DNA of 64,000 nucleotides from assembly GCA_951804945.1 (NCBI GenBank), contig OX638149.1:66526001-66590000 (forward strand), given 5' to 3'. The first letter of the stretch is position 1, and the number at the start of each line of letters is the position of its first letter. The stretch comes from Podarcis cretensis. Lineage: Eukaryota. The notes under the pieces were generated by a model, which was not told the DNA's origin, made no database searches, and saw only the letters and a program-made list of their open reading frames with translations. This document shows, one piece after another, positions 11,601-50,520 of this stretch. The translations under genes and the position numbers were made by a program.

Positions 11601-14600
11601 CTCTTAATACCATGTTGCAACTTCCCTAAAGAAGAGTGCTGCAATTTTAGGGCTCCAGTCAGCCTGGAACAAGAGCCTTGTAGCCCTGTTCGGGCTTCTG
11701 AGGTAGGGCAGAGGGCAGTTTCAGCAGTAAAAAAAGGTCTTAGGCCTCTGTTTTCTCTTCCTATCTCTGGAGGCCTTCTCTTGCTGTGCTGTATAACACT
11801 GGAGTAGTGCCATTCCCAAACCTGAGCATTTTATTTATATATTACAAGTGGAGACTTAGTTCTAGAAACTAAACCATCCCTGCATAGTTCACAGGAGGAT
11901 TTTTTAAATTTCACAGCATGCAACCCTAATCCCTTTCCCCATAATACCATAAGCTGCCAGGGGCTTGAGGAGGCCCATTACCTCCTTCCCCCTGTCCTCC
12001 ATGTTGCTGTGGGGGCTGGGAGTCCAGCACATTATTTTCCAGTGACATTCCATGTCTCAACTGCTCTTACACAAAATACATTTGATATCCTTTCCCCAAC
12101 TCCATGCGCACTCCGTTTAAGGCAGATTCCGCTGACCAGAAAATTAAGCAAAGGTTTAGAGTGGAGGGATTGCAAGTTCAAAACAGCAGAGAAAAACATG
12201 AGCCAAATTCAAGAGTTTGCAAAGAGTCCTGTTAAGGGTTTTGCTCTTTAAAAACCACCGAACAAAATTGTCTTGCAAGTTCATTAGCTATATCTAAGGG
12301 TTTGCAAAACCACCACCATTTAAAAAAAGAAAAAAGTGCCCTGAAGCTGGTATTTCAAAAATAACTTTTAGAAATTAGAAATGTTAGCTGCCTTTGAGAT
12401 ATAGGAGGTACATAGGTAGGTAGGGAGTTAGGTTCTAGTAATAAGTGAAGTTTAACCAGGGGTGTGAAGTTCAAAAGTGATTGCATTGCACAGCATACCA
12501 AAAAGCTAGAGATCCACAGGTGCAGTAGTGCCTGTGGGCCTCCCCTTTTCCTCCTGGTTGGACAGGTGACCAACACTGACTCCTCTGTCAGCAACAGAGA
12601 GTCTTCCTTGAATCCCTCTTCCCAAACTGGGAAGCTTGCTGCATCAGAGCCAAAACCATTTGTACAACGTCAACAAAATAGCTCCTTGTGTGGTAGAGTC
12701 CATCACTGTCTTAAATCCCGTTTCCGTCTATAAACTAGGCCTTGTGAGATTGAAGGTGTTGCAGCCCTTTGAAAAGCAAGTGAAGCGGCAGCTTGTGGCA
12801 TCACAGTTGAAAACTGTGTCTCCAAAGTTGCAAATGAATTTTCATTGCTTAAAAAGAGAATGGAAGCAAAGTACCAACTGAGTCAACAGCCAGACATTAG
12901 TGAGAAACGTGATCAACAAGTAATGATCAACTCTAATATTTCACAGCTAAATAACTCTAATAGCTAAATTACAATGTCGGTGTCTCACATGTATTCATTC
13001 ACCAAAGTTTTCCCCAGTTCTTTCAAAAATGTCTTCTTTTTTCATTTTCATGCTGTTTGGTTGCTGTCCAAAATCAGGGACAAGAGCCTGGTGATCAAAA
13101 TGAGCAAACTGGAAATTCCTTCTTCCTTTTTAAATTAAATTAACTCAAAATGTAGTCCAAAGCTTTCCAAACAATGCTGTTGCTATTTAAAAATCATAAC
13201 TATTACCCAGACAATTCAGGAAAAAAATGCCTGTTTCCCACATGCAATCTACAATGCGGTCCTTTGGACTCTTTTCCTTTAAGTATCCAGACCGATTGAC
13301 TGTGGAAAACTGAGTGTTTTACTTTAGGAAAAGAGCTTCTTGCCCCACAACCAACTCAAACAGGTGGAGCAAAACATGTGCCTGTTTTTTAGGTGAAAGC
13401 TATATGGCTGTTTAACTCTTGTGAGCATTCCACACAAATACAAACAGAACCAAGAGGGAGGACAGTGTTAAGTGTATGTCATCATAACACCAAACTGTAA
13501 AAAGAGCTTATCCCCAAATTTGCACTAAACCCTTCGGGTGTTGCTTGGAGAAAATTAAATTGCACAACATGATTGGAAAAGGGCAAATCAATCAAAACAG
13601 AGCAGTCACCAGGCCATGTATGTATGTGCCCATCTGAGATAACCTGAGATGTCTGGCTGTTATATTTTGATTGATCTGTCCTTTTTCAATCACATTGTGT
13701 TATTGGTGGGCAATTAAATTTCACGAAGGTCTGAAAAGTCACTGGTGGACAGCACTTGTAGATGAGTCTGGAAATGGGTTGCCTTTCTGCACACAACAGG
13801 AATCACTTTTTAACACAGCAGATGGGTTGGTCCTCTGCAAAACATGCCCTGGAAGGCCACATTTGGAGCCAAATAAAAGATTGCTCATCTGTAGTCCAAT
13901 GGAAAAGACTGCCATTTTTTTATTATTAAAATGTTATTACTCTTTTGTAAGGGGAAAAAAACCTCTCATGTAAACTGATAATTTACACTGATGTTTTATG
14001 AGGGTTTTGTTCACCTTGCAAGTACAGATTAGCAAATTATGATTTAAAGTATTGATGGCATTCTTACCAATTACCTAGTTTTCCCAGTTCCATTGAAAGA
14101 AAGAAATAACTCTTTAACGCAGTTAAACTCCTAAACAACAATGAAAAGAGAAACTAGCATTTGAGTTGGGTGCAATGCAATGCCACACTGCTTATATTGT
14201 GCAAACCCATTTAAGCAAATGATCTGAAGAAAATGCAAAATTTCTGGATGATTGAAAGTTTGGATTAAGGTTTTCATGTGACTTTCTTTTCAGAAGAACG
14301 TTTTTCTTAATCAAAGTCATAATCCATGAGAATGGGTTTTCCTATTGACTAATGTATCTTTGTAAGCTGTATTCTTTCATAATTCTGATTTATTTCAATA
14401 GCACTTCATCAATGCCTTTAAAAGCCCCTAGACAACTTTTCTTGGAAAAATGTAAGCTATGTGGCCTGTTTCAAGAATGTTTTTTAATATTTTCAGTGCC
14501 ATCAGCTCTGAACTCCTTCACAGAAAATGTTTCCAGTAATAATCCTATTTAAAATCATGAAAAATAAGTTTTAGAAACAGGTCAATTGATTCCACCATTC

Positions 14601-16719
14601 CTACTATTTTAACAGAATTACATTGACATGGTGGTGGGTATGAATTTGGCTACTCAAAACTTAAACAGGAGGAATTCTGCTGTAAGCCTGTGAATATTAT
14701 TGGCATCAAAGCTATAAATACATAAGCCAATTGTTTTCTTCTCCCTTGCAGAATATTGCCTAGAACAGAACATTTGAAATAAAAGCTACAGCATGAGTGA
14801 ACTAAAGCTTACACATTGTTTCTCATCTGTGTGCCTAGAATGTACTATGCCTCAAGGCTCCGTAGGATAACAGCAGATATAAAATGGAAAACACACAACA
14901 GGAGATGCACATTGCTGCATCCAATATATATATAAAAAATGGCATTTCCCAAGAAAATCAATGGCAAATATCCCCCAGAATTTAATGGAAATGGGTTCAG
15001 TGTCACAAACAGATGCAAGAAACACTTAATGATGGTTAATAAATGTCAGTCTGTAAACATTTATATAAATCAAGCCTGCGTGATCAGGAAGCTGCCATTT
15101 AGAACACACACTCAAAGCTTTCCGTTTACGAACCGCTTGCCAAAATGTAAAAGTAGTACCAATGCACAGACTTTCTCTCATCATGCTTTAAACCCTGGAA
15201 ATTGTGCTGTGTCCAGTTAGATGCTTGGGTTGCTGCAGAATCTCACATGCCCCTGAGCCAGGAGCCAGGAACTGGCATGCGAGCTCAGGCATGTTGAGAT
15301 GTTGCAGCCTCTCTCCCTGCCGTCCCACTCCAGGCGATAGACCCCTGTCAGGATTCTAGACAAGAGTCCTCCAGCACAACGCTGCGTTCAGCTAGTGTTC
15401 TCTAACCCAAGATGCCCTGTGGCTGAGAGAACCGCAGCTTTTCCAGGCAGGCAGCGCTCAGGGGCTCAAGTGGCCTCTCTTCTGCCTAATGAGCAGTGAG
15501 CCAAGCACTCTTCCCAGCCTCTCTCCCATTGACAAGGAAAAGGATCACCAGCCAGTAAGCCATAAAGGCCTCCCTTGCTCTTAATAAACACATAGAATGT
15601 ACTGCCACTCTGGTACATGATGGTTGTAGATTGTTCTTCAAATTATACCCCTGGACAAGGGACAAAGTATCAAAAAAATAAATAAATTAGGTAATGCAGA
15701 TAAGCCTTGTTACTGTACAGATCCAACCTGTAGGAGAAAACTGAATGCCTGCCTAGAGTAGAAAGAAGCAAAATTATTGGGGGACAAAGGAAAGAAGAAG
15801 AAGAAAGCCTTTGTCTTTGGCTCTTTTCACTAGCTCCTTTGGATGAAAGCACCAGGAAGGAGTTTCTTTGTAACTACAGTATAGGCAAGGATGCTGCCCC
15901 ACTCAAGTTTTCTCTAACTTGAGCCCTGAAGTTATCTACTAAACGTTTCTGATGACACGTTCTTAAGATCATTTAACATATGCTACCCCTTAACACATTG
16001 TAATAACCTGTAATCAAGACAGTTTAAAACTTAGGATAGGTTTCCCCCCCCACACACACACTTTCACTTTCTATTCAGATCTTCCATGCTGATGACTATA
16101 ATCTGTTTTAGTGATGCTCTGAGTACAGAACCAGGAGGTGGTAGTTAGATTAATTAACCTGGAATAAAGAGTGTGATCTTGTGATGTGCAGTAGGACACG
16201 ATTTGGCTCTCATGTTGCTGCAAACGAGGGAGAGTAAAAAAGTATTTTAAAAATTGATCAAAATATTACTTAGGTTGAAAAGGGTATAGCTGTCTGATTT
16301 GGATACGTGTGCGAGGGGTCAAATTCATGCCTATCTGATACAGATAGTCATGTTAAGATTCACACACTCAGTCATGTACAAGGAAGGGAATTTCTTGGAA
16401 GATGGCTGATCCTCAGGAGAGATTATACTGTGCTATGAAGAATCAAGTAAAGCAGAATTCTCCTCCTGCAGTTAACTGAGCTGTTTGTATAGGGCTGATT
16501 TTCCTGATGCCTGCAATTACATGCATGTCATATTATTTTATACATAAAATGCGTACTCTCTCTCTCTCTCTCTCTGAAAAAAAATTAAAATGATCAGCAG
16601 AAATAAAGAGCTGACTTTTATGCAAAACATCTATTAGTTGTGATTCCTAGGTTGGGTTTTCCACATTATTATAGATATTTCTATTTCAGAAAAGCCACCA
16701 TGCTCATTTTAAACTCATG

Positions 16720-16721
<2 letters not shown>

Positions 16722-16755
<34 letters not shown>
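16722..16755. repeat. (GT)n microsatellite
   Basis: Direct observation. Confidence 0.95.
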
Positions 16756-16757
<2 letters not shown>

Positions 16758-17849
16758 ATTAAAGCCATATTATTATAGGTTATGCTTTTCTGCATTTGTC
16801 ACGAAAGAAAATTATGCATCTGGATGCTTTTATGGCATCAGCAAATTGTCTCAAAGCAGCCACAGCGTCTCCAACTTACAGAAAAGTAGTATTTGATTAT
16901 GCTATGGCACACTGAACAGAAGAGAAATGTTATTCTCTGTCTTTTGTGAGTACAGCTTGTGGTACTTTCTCTTTGAGTCCAAATTCCCTGTGCTTTCATA
17001 CATCATCAGATCTGTTTTTCCTTGCAACATTGCAAGTAACAGCTGGACCACAATGAACCTCCTCCATAGATGTGGGAATGTTTATATTTAGCTGCCAATG
17101 ACTAAAGTCCTTCGGCTTTCACTAGCCAGTCACAGTTTGCATTGTTGTTGCCTGTTTATTTTCCTTCTCTCTTTATTTCTTGACATGCACCTCTCCACCC
17201 TCGCCCACACTCATGCAAAGTGCATTGAAATATTAGCCAGGTTAGAAGTTCATTGGGAAATTACACTAAGAATGTGCTTTGAGAAGCCACATAGAGAGAT
17301 CGTTTCCTCAGAGAGCTTTGCTTTTGTTATAATGCACCAGTTTAATCATTTAAAAGGAAAAAGTCTGAGGCTGCAATCTTGCAACCAAATATTCCAGCTT
17401 AATCCCATTTGATTTAACCTGGATTTATTTGAAGATAGATTGCTTTAGGACTGCTGCAGCACTGAAGTAAGTAGAAAATTTTAACCCTTTCTATAAATCC
17501 ACATTTATGCAGCATAATTCAAAATGCAGACCTTCCTTAAAAGTTAGCTAGATTTCTCCCTATTAAACAACTGTTTCCTTGCATACACTTCTGTGCAACA
17601 GGAAAAAGTTTTCTTTTTATAGCTATTATAGAGAGACTTCCATATACAGCTCTGGTGTTCCAGCAATCTGTTAACATTTCAGCTAAGATTCCAAACCAAG
17701 CTATAGAATATATAAAAGTGATTTCTTGAGGACCTCCAATATTTAAAAACAGAAAATAATGTCAAAATAAGATTTGTCTGTATAAAAAAATATATATTAA
17801 AACCTAACAAGGAAAAAAAATTGGCCACACCACACTATAAGGTTAAAAA

Positions 17850-18845
17850 NNNNNNNNNNNNNNNNNNNNNNNNNNNNNNNNNNNNNNNNNNNNNNNNNNN
17901 NNNNNNNNNNNNNNNNNNNNNNNNNNNNNNNNNNNNNNNNNNNNNNNNNNNNNNNNNNNNNNNNNNNNNNNNNNNNNNNNNNNNNNNNNNNNNNNNNNNN
18001 NNNNCAAAAATGATTGGACTGTGAACAGTAGTACAACTTCAGCTAAGAACAATTAACTTTTGCTGACCAAAANNNNNNNNNNNNNNNNNNNNNNNNNNNN
18101 NNNNNNNNNNNNNNNNNNNNNNNNNNNNNNNNNNNNNNNNNNNNNNNNNNNNNNNNNNNNNNNNNNNNNNNNNNNNNNNNNNNNNNNNNNNNNNNNNNNN
18201 NNNNNNNNNNNNNNNNNNNNNNNNNNNNNNNNNNNNNNNNNNCTTTTCCTATCAAACTTTTCTTCTTTGAAATTCTCTCTTGATCCTTCGTTTGCACATA
18301 AGCATCATCTGTTAATAACCTTTGGAAATCCCAACAGATATTTTTCTTACAGAAATCTAATGCCGTATTGTTCCAGGTTGAATTATATGCAATGGAATGA
18401 TACAAACTTGGAGCATCAGTCTGAAATCTATGAACAGATTGGTAGAAGTATTCGATATAGCTTGATAAAACTCTTAATTCGTGGCAAAGCTTGTTGATCA
18501 TGGCTTCCTTTTTTAAAAATAAAATAAAAAACACAACTTCATGACCAACACAAAAGCAAACATCCATTCAGTCTACATTGTTCTTTTTTCATTATAACAT
18601 ACAAATGCCCATTTACAAATAATACATCAAAATGAATAAAAGTTTGGATACCAAAATGAAGATTTGTTCCAACTGATATAATGCCTTCATGTATACAAAG
18701 GTCCATGTTAAAGTCTTTCTCCATGTGTTATGTCGTAGGGTACAGTTGCAGTACAGACGTACTCTGAAAGCCGTTCTTCTTTTAGAAAACACAGCCAAAC
18801 CTCCAACTGTTGTCCATAGAGCCATTTACAAAATCAACACATGGT
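17850..18845 (-). other. PAX6: PAX6 proximal 3'UTR (distal end approximate, partly N-masked)
   Basis: AU-rich sequence after the stop. A U/GU-rich tract just beyond the N-run at 17850 resembles a downstream poly(A) element. A longer UTR isoform cannot be delimited from sequence alone. Confidence 0.65.
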
Positions 18846-45060
<26,215 letters not shown>

Positions 45061-45070
<10 letters not shown>

Positions 45071-45115
45071 GGTGGATTGATGGAGCAAGATCCCACGTGG
45101 CTCGCGGATAAGATT
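45061..45115 (-). CDS. PAX6: PAX6 exon 4 (45 nt 5'UTR plus start codon at 45070; ATG CAG AAC A)
   Basis: CCACC-ATG-CAGAACA followed by a GTAAGT donor; acceptor TTTTATTACTCATAG at 45116-45130. Confidence 0.93.
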
Positions 45116-45520
45116 CTATGAGTAATAAAACAGGCTTTAATCAGGGGAGGGAAGCTCGCGGGCAGGTAGTTGCGCTGCACTGAGTGCCCAGGTCTCCAAG
45201 GCCTCGTTGCTTTCTGCTGGCCTCCCAAATGATGTCAAATATTATATATATATTTATATATATATATATCATGCGAAAACCCTCCCAGCCCCAGAGCCTA
45301 TATAACAACAAACCTGGAAACGTTTCAACCTAGCAAGTCTAGTTCTTTTTAAAAATAAATAAATAAACATAAACCAGCCGTGGCCTTCTCCTCGGCAAAG
45401 TGGCTGTGGCAAGTGTGGGCTCCTGAAGCACCAAGGAAAATGGGTTGGAGTGTGAGAAGTCTTCTAGTGTTGGGGGGGACGGGGGACGGACCGGGAAAGT
45501 AGAAGGTGCTTCCAACTTGC

Positions 45521-45597
45521 CTGATTTATGAGCGGACTCTCCTCTCTGGCAATTTAACGACTCACACATCTGCGTAGCGCTTGTTAAAGTCTTCCCG
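45521..45597 (-). other. PAX6: PAX6 5'UTR exon 3 (77 nt) with a GC donor
   Basis: TAG|CGGGAAGACTTTAACAAGCGCTACGCAGATGTGTGAG...AAATCAG|GCAAGT; sequence and length match my recollection of human exon 3. Confidence 0.88.
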
Positions 45598-48500
45598 CTA
45601 GGATGAGGGGAAAAGTATATTAAAAGTATATTAAGCACTTTTAAATTTGCGTTCCCTAACCTCCTCCCCGCCACCCACCCCAGTCATAGCCGCCTCGCAT
45701 TTGGAGGTGGGGGTGGGAAGAGAAAGGCAGTTCAAAAGATTCAGCAACACACACACACACACACAGAGAGAGAGAGATAGGAAAAGATGCCCAAGTTTTT
45801 TCCAGCACGCCTTACTGGAGCGCCTCCTGCCCATAGGAAGGAATTCTGATCTGTGACACCTTTTGTGTCCGTATTTACAAACAGGACCTCGACTTTGGTT
45901 GGGCTTGGATTCGCTGAAGGGAGCCGGCGCGGCGTCCTCGCGCTGCACTTTGGGGCCAAAGGACTCTTTCTCTGAAAAGAGGTGGCCAGCAGAGTTTGTT
46001 GGCACTTTCTCTCCCTGGGTTCCCCTACCCCCGCTGCAACCTCTCCAGGTTGCTTATGGGCAAATCCTGCTCTCTTGCATGGGGCGTGGGTGGGTGTGCT
46101 GGGGCACTTCTTTCCCTTTTTAAACCACACATGTTTGGGAGCTACTTCACTCTGGTGATTCTTTTCGGGGCACTACTAACCATCCCGAAAAAAACAAAAC
46201 CCGAAGAGGGAGAGAGAAGTGGGGAGGTGGTGGGGGAGAAAGACAGAAATCCACTTATTGTGATTAACTTCTTTTTTGGTCTTTAGATCTTCCCCTTTTT
46301 CACTGTACTGTGACACACGCTGTCTACCTCGCCTCAGTGCTTTAAAAAGTAAGGCCAGGAGGGGGTGAGGGCTGGGAATACAAAGCCTCCAGAAGGCGAA
46401 CAATGGCCTCCATTTTACTCCCCTACCCAAACGCCGAGCGCAAGACCCCAGCCAGGCAGCCTCCTCCGGAACGGGCCGCGGCGCAGCCTCCCAACTCCGC
46501 GTTCCCAACAACCCTCCAACTTACAAAGGAGCGGGTGGGAGGGGGGGCACACAGCGGCCTTCCTCCTCCCTTCTGTAGGGCCCGCCTTGACCCACGCAGC
46601 CTGGCCAGCCCCAAGCCCTGCCTTGGGTTGTTTTTGTTTTTAAACCGGCCTTTTGAGGAATAAGACGAGGAATAATGCAACAACAAAAGAAGTTCTGCAG
46701 TTCTTGATGTTCTGTGTTGCATGTATTTATTTATTGGGTCCCAGCGCTTTCTTTTTAGGTTCCCAGCCTAGCAGGGGGAAAATAGAAAAGTAATTTCTCG
46801 TTATAAATATCTGGAGGTAATTATGTTACTGGTGTGAGTTGTTAGGGGTTGTAAAAAGATACAACAGCGCAGTGGGGTGCTCAATTGGGGTGAGACAATT
46901 ACAATAAAGAACCTATTCAAGAGGTTTTGCTTTAAAAAAAAAGAGGGGGGAGAAGACAGAGAGAGAGAGGAGGTAAAATAATGAAATAGTGGCAGCCTTC
47001 ATTTTATTCGCCCCCCAAACCTCCCTCCTTTATTTTTATTTTTTTTTTGGAAGCTTTAAAAAAATCTCTTCTCTTTCCAGGCTATAATGAATATTAATTT
47101 TATTCTTTCTACCTAGAAAAAGAGGCATCTTCTTCCGGGTCCAAAACGACTCCGGTATGATTTTTAAAAGTGCTTTTTCCCCCAAAGCCATCTACGTTCC
47201 ATTAAAAGGGCGAAAAGATAATCAACACGGAACAAGGACTCCTCTCGCAGCGTGAATGAGGCGCGCGGTGGTAAATATTTACTCCGCTTTGGAGAGGCAC
47301 CTGATTAGCAGCCGAGCCAAGCGCCCTGGACCCTTCTCCGGAAAAAGCCTGTGCCTCCAGTCGCCCAGAGTTTCCAGAAGGCGCCCCTTTAACACACCAA
47401 ACACGTCTGTCGGGACACACGCTTGCACGCAGGACAACCGCTCCAAGACAGAAAGACGCCGAAGCGTGAGAAGCAACTAGAGAGAGAGAGCCTTTTTCGC
47501 CCAGGCGCAGGGGACTGTTATTGTGAACACTTCCCAGTCTCTGCTATACCAACTGGCGAAATGCATTTTAAGGAACTCACTTTGGCACTTATTTGGGGTG
47601 TTAACGAACAAAGACGGCTAGCTGGTTTCAGGCACCAACAAACAAACCGAGGCGTTATTCTGATGAATCCGAGACAGCAAAATTGGAGTAGGGGGGAGTG
47701 AAGAGATAAAAGAGAGAGAGAGAAAGATTTGGGCTTTTGGGCTATTTTAATTACAAGGTGGACTGAGCCCTACAACCACCAGCAAAACCGACCCTTCCTC
47801 CCTTCCCCCACCCGGAAGCGCAATAATGGTGGAGTTTCTCCCTTTGCCAGAAAGTAGCTCCTTTTTACTGAATTTTAAAAATGAAATTATTCACAAAGAG
47901 ATGCAGGTAGGCAGAGAGCAGCCTCGATCGAATTTCCCGGTGAGATTACAAACCCTAAGCGAAACGCAACGTCTCCCTGGTCCCGGCTAGGCCTAATCTG
48001 CAAATTCCTATTTAAATCTCCAAATCTGGATCTAATCTGATCGTCTTTGAGATTTGATCCTCCCCTCCGCTGCAAACATAATTAGCTATTAAGATGACAA
48101 ACGTTTACAATCCCGGGCCGAATAAGCAAAAGATAAACGCTAATCCATTGGCGTGGAGACGTTTGCGAAAGGTCACCGGCTATAAAAATTTATTGCCAAA
48201 GACCACAATTATTATTTTAGGCCTATAAAGACGCTCAGCCTACAGCCATAATGAATGGCTTCACTTTCTGGAAGGAACTGCTCGGTGCTCTCGACAGGGC
48301 CTGAAAAGTTTACTTGTAAGCCTGGTCGCATTAGGAGTTTCTCCCCTCGTATTTTAAACCCCTGATTTGAAGACGCCAGTGGTTTATTATTCCCTCCCCA
48401 CAGTTAGATTAGTTTAAATAGAGTTAAAGAAAACAGACAGAAGTTTATTCTTGCACTCCTGAAGCGATCACTTGGGCAGCCCTTGCCTATGCAAGTTCAC

Positions 48501-49903
48501 TCAGAAATGCTTTATTGTTTCAGTGACGTTTATTCTCACATTAAAGTGTGCGTAAAATCTCAGCCTCAATGTATGGCGGTAGAGGTGGAAACTCTGAAGA
48601 AGAGAGGAGGTGGGGGATGAACTTTTTTGGGGGTTGCCCTGCATTTTCCGTGAGTCTGGGCGAAACTTCACAACATCCACCCAACAAGGAAATGAGATTT
48701 CGAAAATCCAAAATCAAACCAAAACAACAGCAACAAAAAACCCATTTGCTACTTGAAAAGGAAGCAGACAACATTCTCTAGCCTAGAAACTTGTGGAGAA
48801 TGGGGTGGATCGCAGATTCTTTGGAGCGCAAAACTCAGGAGACTTAAACGATCTCGGAGATTTGAGTGAAGTGCTGTAGGGGGGTGGGGGTGGCAAAGAG
48901 CGCAGAGAGAAAAATGTTGTTGTTTTTGTGGCTGTTTTTGTTTAAACAGTTTGTACTTCGAGCCAGGTAGTGATCAAGTTAGAAAGTTCTGCTCATTCTC
49001 AGTCTCGTCGTGGGCAAGTTTGGGGAGATCTCGCGGCTGCTTGATTGAGAGTGACAGTCCTTCAGCTCCGCTCAGACCTTCCCGGATACAACTACTGAGA
49101 CCTGACTTGGCCTAGAATGTGACTCTGTGTGTCGTCGTGCCCCCCCCCCCCCCGCCGGCCCGCGTGTCTCTCTCTTCCCCATTTCCTTAAGGCCAGTTAA
49201 TTTGAGGAGGAAAAGAGATATATAGACATAAATAAAGGGAGAAGCGAGAGTTGCCTAAACGAAAGTCCCTCATCAACACACACGCATAAGCACACACAGC
49301 TTCAGCTTGACGGAGATACAAAGCAACCAGGGAAAAGAAGCGGGGAATAAAGACGCTGAGCTTGGATGGACCCAGCTTCCCAAGAAAGCAAGGGGCCAAG
49401 CAACGCCGTGTGGTCCATAACGCCTCCTTCACAACGACCGCAACAACAAATGCCCCTCATAGGAACCAGGTGCGATGCATTCTCGTGTGTGCGCGCGCGC
49501 TCAGATGATCCCTACAGCTTTGGCCGTCCCTATCGCACTGTGCCAAACGGAGCAAGCCTTTCGTGGGGCTCTGTCTAGCAGAAAGGCCGGGCGAGTCTGC
49601 TGCTGTTGCTATCCAAAGAGAGAGAGAGAGAGAGAGAGATGCTTTCCCAGAAAACAGGGGCGGGGGTCGGTCCATGAAGGAGGAAGAGGAGGAAAAAGAA
49701 GAGGAGGAGAAAGAAGGCTGGAGCGAAAAGGACAAAGTTTGGAAGCCTTTGAGACTGGCATCTCGCTTAAGATCCTTTCCCGGAATGTAAGAAATGGTGT
49801 GTATGTGAGCGAAACGGGGGGGGGGGGGAGAGAGGGGGGGAGGGAGAGACCTGTCTAAATATTAAAATGAACTGAAGCGAGGAGAAGAAACGAGCAGACT
49901 CAC

Positions 49904-50049
49904 CTTTCTGAGGCATCCTGTCTTGTTGTCAAAGCTCCTGTCAATAGTTTTAAAAAGCGCCCCTGATTTGAAATGATGGTGCCTTAAAAAGGGTTGCCAG
50001 TAAAAGAGTTTTTCTCCACTGAAGCTGCTGGTTGTGTGATCTTGAGTTC
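49904..50049 (-). other. PAX6: PAX6 5'UTR exon 2
   Basis: CCTTCCCAG acceptor; internal GGAGAAAAACTCT, CATTTCAAA and TTGACAGGAGCTTTGACAAC resemble mammalian exon 2; ends GGATGCCTCAGAAAG|GTGAGT. Confidence 0.88.
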
Positions 50050-50171
50050 CTGGGAAGGAGACAGAGATTGACAATAAAATGGGCTGTCACTGACTGGAGA
50101 GGGAGAAAGAAAGAGGATGTGAGCGAAGTAGGGGGGAGAGAGGGAGGGAGAGAGGGAGAGACAGAGCACAC

Positions 50172-50280
50172 CTATGCTGATTGGTGATGGTTCAAGTGTA
50201 TTAATGTATGTGTGCGCCTGGTCTCTGCCTCGCCTCCCCTGCTCCCCACTGGCCCATTAGCAAAGCCTGACCTCTGTCAT
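50172..50280 (-). other. PAX6: PAX6 exon 1 (P1-derived; 5' end approximate)
   Basis: AGAGGTCAGGCTTTGCTAATGGGCCAGTG...CCATCACCAATCAGCATAG|GTGTG is very similar to mammalian exon 1. Confidence 0.85.
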
Positions 50281-50520
50281 CATCTTCCAGCAAAACACTT
50301 CCTCCCTGCGCCTGAACCAGAGCGGGAAATGAGGCTGAGCCAGGGCTCGCTTTTCAAACCCACTAATCACTCCACGCATGCAAATGCTCCGCTCGCTCCC
50401 ACACAAAATATTGCTTTATGCAAAGCAACGCCATTGCCTCCTAGCTGCCGATTGGACGCTCACTCGCACTGCCTGGTTCAATTGGCCCATTTGTTTGAAT
50501 ATGAATGCACTGGCTTCTCT
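50281..50520 (-). promoter_or_regulatory. PAX6 P1 promoter
   Basis: Directly upstream of exon 1. CCAAT boxes on the minus strand (attgg at 50451 and 50481), AT-rich AATATT at ~50407-50412, and octamer ATGCAAAT at 50378-50385 on the plus strand. Confidence 0.75.
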
